64,000 bases of DNA from Gemmatimonas sp. (GCA_031414535.1 JANNVQ010000002.1:19705-83704), one strand, 5' to 3'. Positions 29,974 through 38,889 are shown, counted from the first letter of the stretch. Translations and numbers: made by a program. The notes: generated from the sequence alone by a model not told the origin.

Positions 29974-31036
29974 GGGATCGCAAGTTGAGACGTTCGATGA
30001 TGGTCACGGCGTCCAGCTCGCGCACGCGAAGCAAGCTCCCTCGGACGGCGAAGAAGCCGCTCGAGTCCGGCGCGGACCACAGCGCGGCAATCGGGCGGCC
30101 GTCGCGCCCGATGAGCTCGGCGACTGCGGCCTCCTCATTGCGTACCGTGACCACGAGGATCTCGCCGCTCTCCGCGATGGTTGCCCCGCGGAGTGAGGGC
30201 AGCGACTCGCCGAGCAAATAGTCACGGCGCTGCGCCTCGGGGAGCATTGCGATGTGCCCGCGCATGCGCTGCGCAAACGCTGAGGAGACTTGAAAGTGCG
30301 GTGCGTCCGCTCGCCGCGCGGAGTCGAGCAACATGAGCGAGGGCGAGTAGCCACGGATACGCCAAGTCTCGGCGTCCACCACAGTCAGGCTCGCGTCATC
30401 TTCGGCCATGAGATGTGGGATGTTGAGCGTCTCCCCAGTGCGCTGGCCGGGTAGCACGGGAAGCGAGTCCACGTGGGAGCCACGGAATCGTTGCACCAGC
30501 CAATGGCCACTGCTGTCTGTGCTAATCCAACTGGTGAGCATCATGCTCGCTGAGCCCGGCGTGAGCGATTGGTGCAGCGCAACCTGTCCGTTGGCTTGCC
30601 CAAGGACGCGATCCGCGAGACGCTCGCCCGTCGTGGTCCACATCGTGATGCGATGCCGCGGCGCATCCAGCACCGCTACACCCTCGGGCGTACGCACGAT
30701 GCCCTCGGCGCGGGCGAGGTACTCCGGTGCGCCCGTGAGGGCTGTGCCGTAGCTGCCCTGAAGCTGCCCATCAACGACCAAACTCCAGACGTGCACCTGC
30801 AATACGAACAGCGAGTCGCCCACGAGGTCCAGTGCGCGAACTCGACCGTCTTCAAGCTCGTCTGGTGAGAGGCGAGCGAGTTCCGTCCAACCCAACACCA
30901 GACTGGTGTCGAGTGGAGCGAGCTGTCCACTGCGGGGGCGATCCGATCCAGCGGCGGAATCGGACAAGGCAAGTCCGATTCCGCCGAGGATCACGACCGC
31001 GCCGACGAGGCTAAGTGTTCGAGCGGCGCGGGTCAC
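29966..31036 (-). CDS. Exported/anchored beta-propeller-like hypothetical protein
   Basis: N-terminal hydrophobic segment; repeated beta-strand units (GDSLFVL, GVAVLD, LTVVD, ILVV); fold is inferred. Confidence 0.55.
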   Translation of the reverse strand: MTRAARTLSLVGAVVILGGIGLALSDSAAGSDRPRSGQLAPLDTSLVLGWTELARLSPDELEDGRVRALDLVGDSLFVLQVHVWSLVVDGQLQGSYGTALTGAPEYLARAEGIVRTPEGVAVLDAPRHRITMWTTTGERLADRVLGQANGQVALHQSLTPGSASMMLTSWISTDSSGHWLVQRFRGSHVDSLPVLPGQRTGETLNIPHLMAEDDASLTVVDAETWRIRGYSPSLMLLDSARRADAPHFQVSSAFAQRMRGHIAMLPEAQRRDYLLGESLPSLRGATIAESGEILVVTVRNEEAAVAELIGRDGRPIAALWSAPDSSGFFAVRGSLLRVRELDAVTIIERLNLRSHE

Positions 31037-31039
31037 GAG

Positions 31040-31267
31040 TTAGAACGGGTTGATGACGACATTGATCGTGCTGCATCCGACGAGACGTCCGGTGCAGACG
31101 ACTCCGATCGCGACCCGCTCGACCCAGTTTGAGTCTTCCATCGCCGATGCGCACTCGGAGATGACTCGGCCCTGACACTGCGAGACCGTTTCCTCCGCGA
31201 GCAACGGAGCGGAGAGCGATGCCGTGAGGGCCAGCGCTGCGAGCGGTACACGAATCAAGTGCTTCAT
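31040..31267 (-). CDS. Small secreted four-Cys peptide A
   Basis: GGGAGG RBS, Sec signal ending PLLA, mature region C-x7-C-x18-C-x6-C. Confidence 0.75.
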   Translation of the reverse strand: MKHLIRVPLAALALTASLSAPLLAEETVSQCQGRVISECASAMEDSNWVERVAIGVVCTGRLVGCSTINVVINPF

Positions 31268-31352
31268 ACCTGCCTCCCTAGTTGGGGTTGGGCCGCGAAG
31301 CTACCAGGGTACGCGGAATCCTTGTCATCGAATTCCCGCCGACAGCGTCACT

Positions 31353-31396
31353 GCAACGTCATCGCAACGTCATCGCAACATCAGCGCAACGTCATC
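31353..31396. promoter_or_regulatory. Four tandem 11-bp direct repeats (GCAACGTCATC), probable regulator site
   Basis: Units at 31353, 31364, 31375 (2 mismatches) and 31386; 86-129 nt upstream of peptide A. Confidence 0.6.
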
Positions 31397-31443
31397 GGGA
31401 AGATCTCCGCAGGGAGGATTTGGTATGCGTGGCCCGCGAACGC

Positions 31444-31662
31444 CTAGAAGGCCTCGGAGGAGCAACCCAACAGCAGGACGGTGCAGGCCGCGTCCACAGC
31501 TGTTTCCTCGAACTCGTTGGCGCCTTCACGCGCGAGTTTGCACCAACGCAAGGTGAAGGAGAGGCAGTCCCTGTACTCTTTCCAGCCTTCGGCTCGCGCG
31601 GGAGCGGCGTAGACGGAAAGGAGCAGGCTGGCGGTCAGGCTGGGGATGAGCAAACGACGCAT
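31444..31662 (-). CDS. Small secreted four-Cys peptide B
   Basis: GGAG RBS, Sec signal ending PARA, mature region C-x7-C-x18-C-x6-C. Confidence 0.75.
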   Translation of the reverse strand: MRRLLIPSLTASLLLSVYAAPARAEGWKEYRDCLSFTLRWCKLAREGANEFEETAVDAACTVLLLGCSSEAF

Positions 31663-31680
31663 ATGAAGCTCCGGTCTGAG

Positions 31681-31703
31681 GTGAGCGCAGAGTCTGCGCT
31701 CAC
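31681..31703. promoter_or_regulatory. Perfect 11-1-11 palindrome (operator or hairpin)
   Basis: GTGAGCGCAGA-G-TCTGCGCTCAC just upstream of peptide B. Confidence 0.45.
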
Positions 31704-31767
31704 ACGGCGGAGCAAGCCCCATCAAAGCCTTGCGCGTTGCGTCTTTTGTGTGCGATCGCGATGGCGA

Positions 31768-33975
31768 CTAGAAGCTGCGCTCAAGTCCCAGCAGTACGAC
31801 GCGTCCCATCCCCGGAAGCAGGCCGCGCGTGCGATCCACAATCACAAGCGCGTCGGCCGCGTTCTTGACGGATGCAAACACGGTGACGCCGAGCGAGGCG
31901 GGGCTCCAGTTCAGCGAGGCATTCCAGATAGTGCTCGCGGGCAGGACGCCCTGCTGACCATCCGCCACGGTAATGCGCGTGTTCGCGGGATCTCCGAACT
32001 GGGAGCCAAGGTGCACGGCTTCGAGCGAGACATCGAAGCCCGCGAGATGCCGCAGGCCAAGTGTTGCGGTGAGCGTAAACTCTGGCGCGTAGGGCAGACG
32101 ATTGCCGGTCACTGAAACGGCCGCGCGCGTCGCGGCTACGTTTTGTTCGGAGTACACCTTGCCCACGACGTCGCTGCCGCCGGTGCCGATGAACGCAAGG
32201 CGAGTGCCTTGGAATTGCGCGATGGGCAGCCAAGTGGCGGCCAGAGCTGCGAAGGGTACGAGCCGCCCGCGCGAGGGCAGATCGCCGCGAAGATCGAGTT
32301 CCACGCCTTGGTGCAGGGTACGACCGGCGCTGGTGAGTGCGGCACCGATGCCGCCAGCCACCGACGCGGGCACGACTTGGTTTTCGAAATCCATCCGGAA
32401 CGCCGTGGCGTCAAGGCTCCAGCCGCTGGCCGGCGTCCAGCGCGCACCGATCTCGTAGTTCCAGCTACGTTCGGGCGCGAGTTCTACCACACCGCCCGTG
32501 CTGTTGCTGATGATATCTTCGTTGCGCGGGGGAGAGAAGCCGCGGTGTACTCCGGCGAACAGTCCGAGGCCATCGGTCACGGTGAGTGTGGTTCCGAGAC
32601 CCGGAATCACTTCAGTCAGTGTGGTGCTGCCGCTCACCCCTGAGGGATTTGCAGCAGTCGCCAGACGATTCGTGCGTGCGATGCGGATATGCTCGACGCG
32701 CAGGCCCGGCGTAACGCTCCAGCGGTCGTTGCCGATGCGGCTTTGCGCGAAAGCGGAGAGGGCGTCCGTATCGCGACGGTTGTCCTCCGAGGTTGCGCCG
32801 GAGCGTGAATCGTGGGCTACGCCATTGAGCTGACGGCGCAGTTGGACCTCGCGATGCATGCGCGCGCCAAGGTCTAAGGTCCCCGCAAGGGCACCGAGCA
32901 GCAGGGGCTGCGAGTAGCGCGGTTCGATGCCCATCACCTGATAGCGGCGCAGGCGCCCTTCGTTGCCGCAGCCAGATTCGAGATTGGCGATGCTGCCGCA
33001 GTTTGGGTCCGCGGCATCGTTGGGCCGCTGGCTGGAATTGCTGGACTGCCGCCACCAATCACGCGAGACATCGTGTGCGTACGCAGTGGTGAGGAGCCGG
33101 CGTGGGCCGACACGCCACTCGTGCGCTACGCTGCCGCCTACCCGGGCGATATCAAAGTGGTCGTTGCGAAACGGATTCTGCCGCGGATCATTGGCCCATT
33201 CGCTTTCAGTGAGCCCGGAGTAGGTGACTTGAGACTCTTCGCGAAACACGTTGGTCTTGGCAATCAGCCGCTGATGGTTCGCTAAGGGGACGAAGAGCTT
33301 GAGCGAGGCATCGCTGACCTCAGAGTTTGTGTTTTGGCGTGCGCCGATGCCGCGCCAACGCCCGAGGTCGAGCGTGGCCCCGCCCTTGCCATTCACGCTC
33401 GAGGCCCGGGCGTAACCGCTGGCGAAGTCGTTGCTACCACCGGACAGACGGAGTTGCCCACTGGAGCGCGAGGGTAGTCCCGGCGTGATGTAGTTGATGA
33501 CTCCGCCAACCGTTTGCGGCCCGTGGAGAATCTGGCCTGCTCCCTTGAGCACCTCGATGCTCTCCATGCGTCCAACTGGCGGGTGGTAGTAGGCCGCGTT
33601 GTCGCCGTAGGGGGCGAGTGTGAGGGGAACGCCATCCTCGAGGAGGAGCACTTTATTTGAGCGCGTGGGGTTGAGACCACGAATGCCAATGTTGGGGCGG
33701 AGGCCCAAGCCCTCTTCGTCGCGCACCACGATGCCTGAGATCTTTCGGAGCGCTTCGTTTGCCGTGAGGACGCGCGCGCGTGTGAGCAGAGTGGCGTCGA
33801 GCCGTTGCGCGGAGCCCGGAATTCGGGCGCGTTCATCCACACTACCAACAATCGAAAGGCCAGGCAGCAGCGCCGCTGAATCGCCGGGGGAAGGCACCTG
33901 GGCGTGGACTGCCGAGAGCCCGCAGGTGGCGAGTGCGAGAAGGCTACGGAGGATCGAGGCGAGAGCTCGGGACAT
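31768..33975 (-). CDS. FecA-like TonB-dependent iron receptor
   Basis: EEGLGLRPNIGIRGLNPTRS.KVLLLEDGVP...APYG; GPQTVGGVINY; C-terminal F. Confidence 0.88.
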   Translation of the reverse strand: MSRALASILRSLLALATCGLSAVHAQVPSPGDSAALLPGLSIVGSVDERARIPGSAQRLDATLLTRARVLTANEALRKISGIVVRDEEGLGLRPNIGIRGLNPTRSNKVLLLEDGVPLTLAPYGDNAAYYHPPVGRMESIEVLKGAGQILHGPQTVGGVINYITPGLPSRSSGQLRLSGGSNDFASGYARASSVNGKGGATLDLGRWRGIGARQNTNSEVSDASLKLFVPLANHQRLIAKTNVFREESQVTYSGLTESEWANDPRQNPFRNDHFDIARVGGSVAHEWRVGPRRLLTTAYAHDVSRDWWRQSSNSSQRPNDAADPNCGSIANLESGCGNEGRLRRYQVMGIEPRYSQPLLLGALAGTLDLGARMHREVQLRRQLNGVAHDSRSGATSEDNRRDTDALSAFAQSRIGNDRWSVTPGLRVEHIRIARTNRLATAANPSGVSGSTTLTEVIPGLGTTLTVTDGLGLFAGVHRGFSPPRNEDIISNSTGGVVELAPERSWNYEIGARWTPASGWSLDATAFRMDFENQVVPASVAGGIGAALTSAGRTLHQGVELDLRGDLPSRGRLVPFAALAATWLPIAQFQGTRLAFIGTGGSDVVGKVYSEQNVAATRAAVSVTGNRLPYAPEFTLTATLGLRHLAGFDVSLEAVHLGSQFGDPANTRITVADGQQGVLPASTIWNASLNWSPASLGVTVFASVKNAADALVIVDRTRGLLPGMGRVVLLGLERSF

Positions 33976-33996
33976 ATCTGGCAGAGAGAAAGCTAG

Positions 33997-34013
33997 ATGA
34001 GAATGGTTCTCAT
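33997..34013. promoter_or_regulatory. Fur-box-like palindrome
   Basis: ATGAGAATGGTTCTCAT (7-1-7 TGAGAAT-n-ATTCTCA type, one mismatch) about 22 nt upstream of the receptor. Confidence 0.7.
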
Positions 34014-34064
34014 AAGGTTCCTCTTAGCCTAATCTGAAATCCCGAGCGATGCAATAGGAATTGC

Positions 34065-34313
34065 TCAACTGCGTAGGCTGCTCTCCACTCGGGTTCGCAA
34101 CGTCGCGAACTCGGCGTCCACCGCCGGCGCTGCGGCACGGACAGCGTCAAGGAACGCTTGGGCAAAGTCGTAGTGCGAGGTGCAGCCCGTACAGCCTACG
34201 AGATGGGCGAGGACGCGCGTGCGCTCACCCTCGGGCAAGGCGCCGTCCAAGTACGGCCACAGGCGCTGGACCACCTCTTCGCAGTCCATGAGCGTGGGGA
34301 GTTCAGTCGTCAT
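34065..34313 (-). CDS. Zinc-finger (zf-HC2) soluble anti-sigma factor
   Basis: C...YLDG.L...HLVGCTGC (Hx3Cx2C); directly after the ECF sigma. Confidence 0.85.
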   Translation of the reverse strand: MTTELPTLMDCEEVVQRLWPYLDGALPEGERTRVLAHLVGCTGCTSHYDFAQAFLDAVRAAAPAVDAEFATLRTRVESSLRS

Positions 34314-34882
34314 TTTGATTCCACCGCAGGCGTGTTTCCGTACCCGCTGTCAATGGCGTGAGCGATGAGTGCCTCTTGGAGCAAGCGTCGTGCGCGGTAG
34401 AGGCGCGAGCGCACCGTTCCCACCGGGATGGTGAGCAGTTCTGCGATCTCCTCGTACGAGAATCCTTCGATGTCGTACAGGGTGACCACGTCCCGAAATG
34501 CGGGCACAAGGTTTTCGATTTCTCTCCGTATTGCGGGGCCGAGGTCGAATCGGTCAAACAGATCATTCAGACCAGCGGCGCGTGCACTGCGGTGGGGATT
34601 GGCGGCGCCGAGTGCCTCCAAGGTCTCGTCTTCAACCGCGGTCACAACGTCCTCGCGTCGCCGTTGAGCGAAATGCGCATTGCGGCAAATCGTGGCCAGC
34701 CATCGCTTGCAGTCTGAGCCTTGGGCGAAGGTGTTCCAGTGTCTGAGCGCCCGAAGGAAGGTCTCTTGCACCAGATCCTCGGCGTCGCTCACATCGCGGG
34801 TGAGGGCGCGCGCCACACGCGCTACCGCCGGAAGGTGCGGGAGCGCCACAGACTCAAACGACTCGGGGTCCGCGAGCGTCAT
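34310..34882 (-). CDS. ECF sigma factor (SigH/SigR-like)
   Basis: DAEDLVQETFLRA, WL.TI.RN, SYEEIA...GTVRSRLYRAR; start could be 34921. Confidence 0.9.
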   Translation of the reverse strand: MTLADPESFESVALPHLPAVARVARALTRDVSDAEDLVQETFLRALRHWNTFAQGSDCKRWLATICRNAHFAQRRREDVVTAVEDETLEALGAANPHRSARAAGLNDLFDRFDLGPAIRREIENLVPAFRDVVTLYDIEGFSYEEIAELLTIPVGTVRSRLYRARRLLQEALIAHAIDSGYGNTPAVESK

Positions 34883-34889
34883 CCCTGGC

Positions 34890-35609
34890 TCAGGTCCCGC
34901 CAAACCATTCGTAGCCGGCATCAGACCAATAGCCACCGTTCGGCTTCGGCAGGAACATGATACTGGTGAGGTACTTGGTGTTCTTGTAGCCGAGCTTGAC
35001 GGGCGAATGCACTCGCGCCGGTGCACCATAGGCCGGCGCAAGATCCCTGCCGTCTTTTCCATACACAATCATCGTTTGTGGATGCATCGCGCTCTCAAGA
35101 TCCCAGCTCTCGTGGTAGCCATCATCGAAGCTCTGAAAGTCCACAAAATTCGCGGCGGGGTCAGGGCGAACGAGCGCGGCGACGTCCCGCAGGCTTACCC
35201 CGCTGAATTCTGCCACGGCCGTCCAGCCCTCCACACAGAAATGATCGACGCGCTGCGTGCGCCGTGGGAGTCCTTGAAGATCCGCGAGCGAGAGTGAAAC
35301 CGGACGAGCCACCATCCCGCCGACCTCTAGCCTCCAAGCGCCGCGCATGGCCTCGTCCCACACGGGGACCCGAGTAGAGATGAAGTAACTCGGGAATCCA
35401 TCCCCCGCGATGGCCGCGCCAGGCGAGCCAGCGTTCATGGCGGTGTGGCGTACCAAGCGCTGTTCAATGAGCGCATTTTTGCGCGTCGCATAGCTCAACA
35501 GCTTTTCGGCCTCCGCCGGACCGCGACTGTTGCAGGCCGCGAGCGCCAAGGCTGCGGTGCTCAGCCCTGCGGCGCGGAGAAACTCACGACGATCCCAGTG
35601 CGCGCTCAT
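34890..35609 (-). CDS. Tat-exported molybdopterin oxidoreductase (sulfite oxidase fold, MsrP/YedY-like)
   Basis: DRREFL Tat leader with lipobox LAAC; HFCVEGW; YGAP.R..SPVKLGYK..KY; GGYW. Confidence 0.85.
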   Translation of the reverse strand: MSAHWDRREFLRAAGLSTAALALAACNSRGPAEAEKLLSYATRKNALIEQRLVRHTAMNAGSPGAAIAGDGFPSYFISTRVPVWDEAMRGAWRLEVGGMVARPVSLSLADLQGLPRRTQRVDHFCVEGWTAVAEFSGVSLRDVAALVRPDPAANFVDFQSFDDGYHESWDLESAMHPQTMIVYGKDGRDLAPAYGAPARVHSPVKLGYKNTKYLTSIMFLPKPNGGYWSDAGYEWFGGT

Positions 35610-36364
35610 AGTTCTGCCGTGTCGGAGGACGGAGTGAGGTCCGCGCTCGGCGCGGTCGGTGACGAGCGGCGGAGCAGGTTGATAAACGGTCGGGCGTTGC
35701 GCGCTTCCGGAGAGTGGGACTCATCGTAGCCGCCGGTCAGCATCGCGCGCAGCGAATACGGATCAACCGTGAAGACCATGAACACGTGACCAATGGCTGT
35801 CACCAGGAGCGCCATCATCGCAGCGAAGTGGATGAAACGCGCCCACACATAGCCTCCAAGAAGCGCGGTGAGCCAGCCCAGGCTCACGGGTTTCCAGATG
35901 GCAATGCCGCTGATGACGATGACCGCCGCGATCCACGGCATACTGAAGTACGCCATACGCTGCATCGCATTGTGCTTGCCTTGGCGCGGATGTTCACGCT
36001 CAAGCCACAGGTAAAACCGCAGCATGGCCCACACGTCGCGCGCCGTACCGCGCCGTGGCACGAGGTCTCGCCACTCGCCGTGCAGGTAAATGAAGCCCAG
36101 GTAAATGAGCCCATTCACGACCAGCACCCACATCATTGCAAAGTGCCAGTGCCGCGCGCCGCCGAGCCATTCGCCAAACGTGAGCCACGAAGGGACCGGC
36201 GTGCCTTCAAACGGATTGAGTGGAAACGTTTCGCCTTTGCGGGCAAAGGCCGGGTACGCGTTGAAGATGCGTAGGCCACTGCCCACCATCACCACGAGGG
36301 CGATCGCGTTCACCCAGTGCGTCAAGCGCACAACCCAATGATGTCGATGCGTAAGAGAGCTCAT
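35606..36364 (-). CDS. Membrane cytochrome b partner subunit
   Basis: VRLTHW, RHWHF, KHNAMQR..Y, RFIHF, GHVFM heme-His helices. Confidence 0.85.
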   Translation of the reverse strand: MSSLTHRHHWVVRLTHWVNAIALVVMVGSGLRIFNAYPAFARKGETFPLNPFEGTPVPSWLTFGEWLGGARHWHFAMMWVLVVNGLIYLGFIYLHGEWRDLVPRRGTARDVWAMLRFYLWLEREHPRQGKHNAMQRMAYFSMPWIAAVIVISGIAIWKPVSLGWLTALLGGYVWARFIHFAAMMALLVTAIGHVFMVFTVDPYSLRAMLTGGYDESHSPEARNARPFINLLRRSSPTAPSADLTPSSDTAEL

Positions 36365-36372
36365 CCCCGCCA

Positions 36373-36441
36373 GTAGCGACGAAGAAGCCGGGAAGTTCCC
36401 GTTACAGAGACGCGGGAACTCGCGGCCATGTCCGACGCTAC
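36373..36441. promoter_or_regulatory. Back-to-back ECF-type promoters CGGGAACT-N15-CGCTAC
   Basis: Minus-strand copy 36401-36373; plus-strand copy 36413-36441; spacers differ in sequence but have the same length. Confidence 0.75.
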
Positions 36442-36492
36442 GGGGCGGTGGGTCGGAGCCTCCGATTACACACACAACTCGAGGAGTTTCAG

Positions 36493-36765
36493 ATGTCCGT
36501 GGTTCGAATGACCGTCGCAGGTCTTATCCTGATGCTGGTGGCCTCGCCGCTCGCAGCCCAGGGCACTCGGGCGCAACGTCCGATGATGCGCGATTCTTTG
36601 ATGCCCTGTCCGTCCACACCCGCTTCCGGCGGCGCAATGGCTGGTGGGCAGATGGCCGGTGGCAACATGAGCCGTGACACCGCGATGGCGCGCGGGGGCA
36701 TGATGCGGCCAGCCGCCGACTCGATGCGGCCGCCCTGCAGACCGAACACGGCGCGGCCCAACTAG
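36493..36765 (+). CDS. Secreted methionine-rich peptide (MrpX-like)
   Basis: GAGGAG RBS; signal peptide ending PLAA; 10 Met and 2 Cys in the 68-aa mature part. Confidence 0.75.
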   Translation: MSVVRMTVAGLILMLVASPLAAQGTRAQRPMMRDSLMPCPSTPASGGAMAGGQMAGGNMSRDTAMARGGMMRPAADSMRPPCRPNTARPN

Positions 36766-38789
36766 TCGCGCTGCGTCACTCTGGGAGCGTCGCGCGGGGG
36801 CAGGAAGAACTCGCGCGGCGACTTTCGGAGGCGACGTAACACGCGAGCCGTGAGGCCGGTCGTGTCGCCGGGCGTGATGCCACGGGACCGCAGTGCAACC
36901 TTGAGCGCGAGGTAGAAACTCACCACGAGGTTCACGAGGCCAATCAACACGACGCCCGCCGCCGACACGACGATCACACGCCAGCCCGTCGCGAAGTCCA
37001 AGGCCTGCAGCGCGTATGCGAGGTTGGCTGAGGCAAAGGCGACATGTCGGATATCCACTGGCAAGCCAAAGAACGCCCCGACCGTCCCGGTAGCGCCCAG
37101 CATGCAGCCAAAGATGAAGTTGCCGGCCAAGGCGCCAATGTTGTTTTCCACGTAGACACTCACCCGGTCAAGCCGCGGCTGACCCAGCGTGCGCCGCAAC
37201 CACTTCACGCGGCGCAGGCGCTGGGGAATGCGATGAAACAGTGACTGATTGTCGTAGTAGCCGGAAATCAGTCCGCTCAAGAACAAGTACACGCCCGCGA
37301 TGGCTGCGTGGAACAGTGCGAGGCTTTGCCAGGGATTAAGATCGTGCAGCAGATGCTCGGCCTTTTCGAGGTTGACAGGCTCCCAACCAAGGAAGGTCTT
37401 GCCCACGAGCCCAATCGCGAGGGCCGTCAAGAAGCCGATGACCACGTTCCCCGCGATGGACACCCATTGGGTCCGACTCACTTGAGCGGCGAGCGCAGAG
37501 ATCTGGGTGAGGCGCGTGTCACGATCCGTCGAGGCATCGAGTGCGCCCGCTAGGGTTGCGGCCGTCATCGCCGGTTGCTTGGTGGCAATCGTGAGATGCA
37601 GGATGTGGACGAGCACGAAGCCCAGTCCGTAGATGAGACTGAACGCCACGGCTTGCCAGAATCCAGGAAGCCCAAGACTCCCTGCAAGAATTTTCAACAT
37701 CGCCATCACCGCGACAATCAATCCCGCACCGCAGGCCGCGCGCCACATCTCGCGGTACTCCGAGCGCGTGCTCGTCACATAGTGCTCACCAGACTTGCTC
37801 GCGTGCTCGGTGACGCGTCGCGCGAGGAGCTGCGTGGTGCCTTCAAAGATTGCGCCCATGCGGTTCCGGCGACTCTCCGCACGCACGAGCAGGAGCATGA
37901 AGCGAATTGTGCGCGCGCGGCGTGCGCCTTCGGTGTCGGTTGGGTTTGCGAGCACGAGGAGTCGCAGCAGTTGCAGGCGCGCCACCAACTGCTCGATGCG
38001 CGCAAGGACGAAGACGAGATTCACGTCCACGCCGCTGTCGTGTGACGTATTACGAATCTGCGTCACGAACTCGGTGCACTGGCCGAGGAGCAACTCGAGA
38101 TACCCGTCGTGCGTGCTCGGCGCATCGGCCGCTGTCCGTGCCGTGATGAAGTGCCGCACCTCATCGCTCTGTGAGAGGAATGGCGACTCGTGACGGGCCA
38201 AGGCCGGTGAATAGCGGAGCAGGGAGGACTCCATGCCGAGCGCCGCCAAACGATGCGAGGTCATACGCATCGCTTCGAGCAGCTCGTGGTACATGTGCGC
38301 GCGCACTGGCGCGAATGCCTCGGTGTACACGCCCAGCCGATCGAACAGCGCGAGCCAGAGTTCCATGGGGATGGCGCCCACCCATTCGCCATCGTGCGCC
38401 TCGTCAAAGACCTCCGCGACGAGATCGCGAAGGAAGTAGGGGTCTACCGCGGGCGGAAGGAGGCTTCCAAGAAGGCGACTCCAGATGCCGGCCAAGAAGC
38501 CGGCACTCGCCAAGACTCCGGACTCCGCGTAGAGCGTACGGTGCATGCGTGACTTGAGCACCTGACGCAGGTGCTCCGCCAGCGCCTCAGCCAGTGCGGG
38601 CCGCTCGTCGAGGGTGGCCAAGAATCCCTCAAAACGGACACCGGCGGACGCGGAATCGCGGGCCCGCGCGGGCCGAATCAGCTGGACGAGCCGACCGAGG
38701 AACTCCGCCGAAGTCTCACCCGGCTGGCGGGCGATCTCGCGGAGGAGTTCCTCGGCGCCTTCGAGCGGGGGCGTGGCGGCGGTGGTCAC
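36762..38789 (-). CDS. Multi-TM protein of the 'site-specific recombinase' (Gcr-like) family
   Basis: GEHYVT.TR.EY, ATKQPAMTA, GLPVDIRHVAF motifs; start uncertain (up to 38825). Confidence 0.75.
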   Translation of the reverse strand: MTTAATPPLEGAEELLREIARQPGETSAEFLGRLVQLIRPARARDSASAGVRFEGFLATLDERPALAEALAEHLRQVLKSRMHRTLYAESGVLASAGFLAGIWSRLLGSLLPPAVDPYFLRDLVAEVFDEAHDGEWVGAIPMELWLALFDRLGVYTEAFAPVRAHMYHELLEAMRMTSHRLAALGMESSLLRYSPALARHESPFLSQSDEVRHFITARTAADAPSTHDGYLELLLGQCTEFVTQIRNTSHDSGVDVNLVFVLARIEQLVARLQLLRLLVLANPTDTEGARRARTIRFMLLLVRAESRRNRMGAIFEGTTQLLARRVTEHASKSGEHYVTSTRSEYREMWRAACGAGLIVAVMAMLKILAGSLGLPGFWQAVAFSLIYGLGFVLVHILHLTIATKQPAMTAATLAGALDASTDRDTRLTQISALAAQVSRTQWVSIAGNVVIGFLTALAIGLVGKTFLGWEPVNLEKAEHLLHDLNPWQSLALFHAAIAGVYLFLSGLISGYYDNQSLFHRIPQRLRRVKWLRRTLGQPRLDRVSVYVENNIGALAGNFIFGCMLGATGTVGAFFGLPVDIRHVAFASANLAYALQALDFATGWRVIVVSAAGVVLIGLVNLVVSFYLALKVALRSRGITPGDTTGLTARVLRRLRKSPREFFLPPRDAPRVTQRD

Positions 38790-38834
38790 TGCGGGAATTT
38801 GGCCACGGGACCCGCGGGGCGGCACCCTCTAACG

Positions 38835-38870
38835 CAGCGGGGGCGAGCGAAATGTCGCTCGCCCCTGCTG
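38835..38870 (-). terminator. 16-bp GC hairpin after the NHL gene
   Basis: CAGCGGGGGCGAGCGA-AATG-TCGCTCGCCCCTGCTG. Confidence 0.5.
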
Positions 38871-38889
38871 TGTAGCGCCTACGGACTCG

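Noticed and set aside
31353..31396. Short repeats here, at 926-1032 and at 2701-2829 as CRISPR arrays
   Set aside because: Units are 7-11 bp with no unique spacers, and there are no cas genes.
31282..32115. 277-aa + strand ORF across the peptide locus
   Set aside because: It is antisense to peptide B and the receptor end, with no recognisable features.
36762..38789. 'Site-specific recombinase' family gene as evidence of a mobile element
   Set aside because: The protein is multi-TM with no Tyr/Ser recombinase motifs that I can see, and no att sites or cargo are evident.
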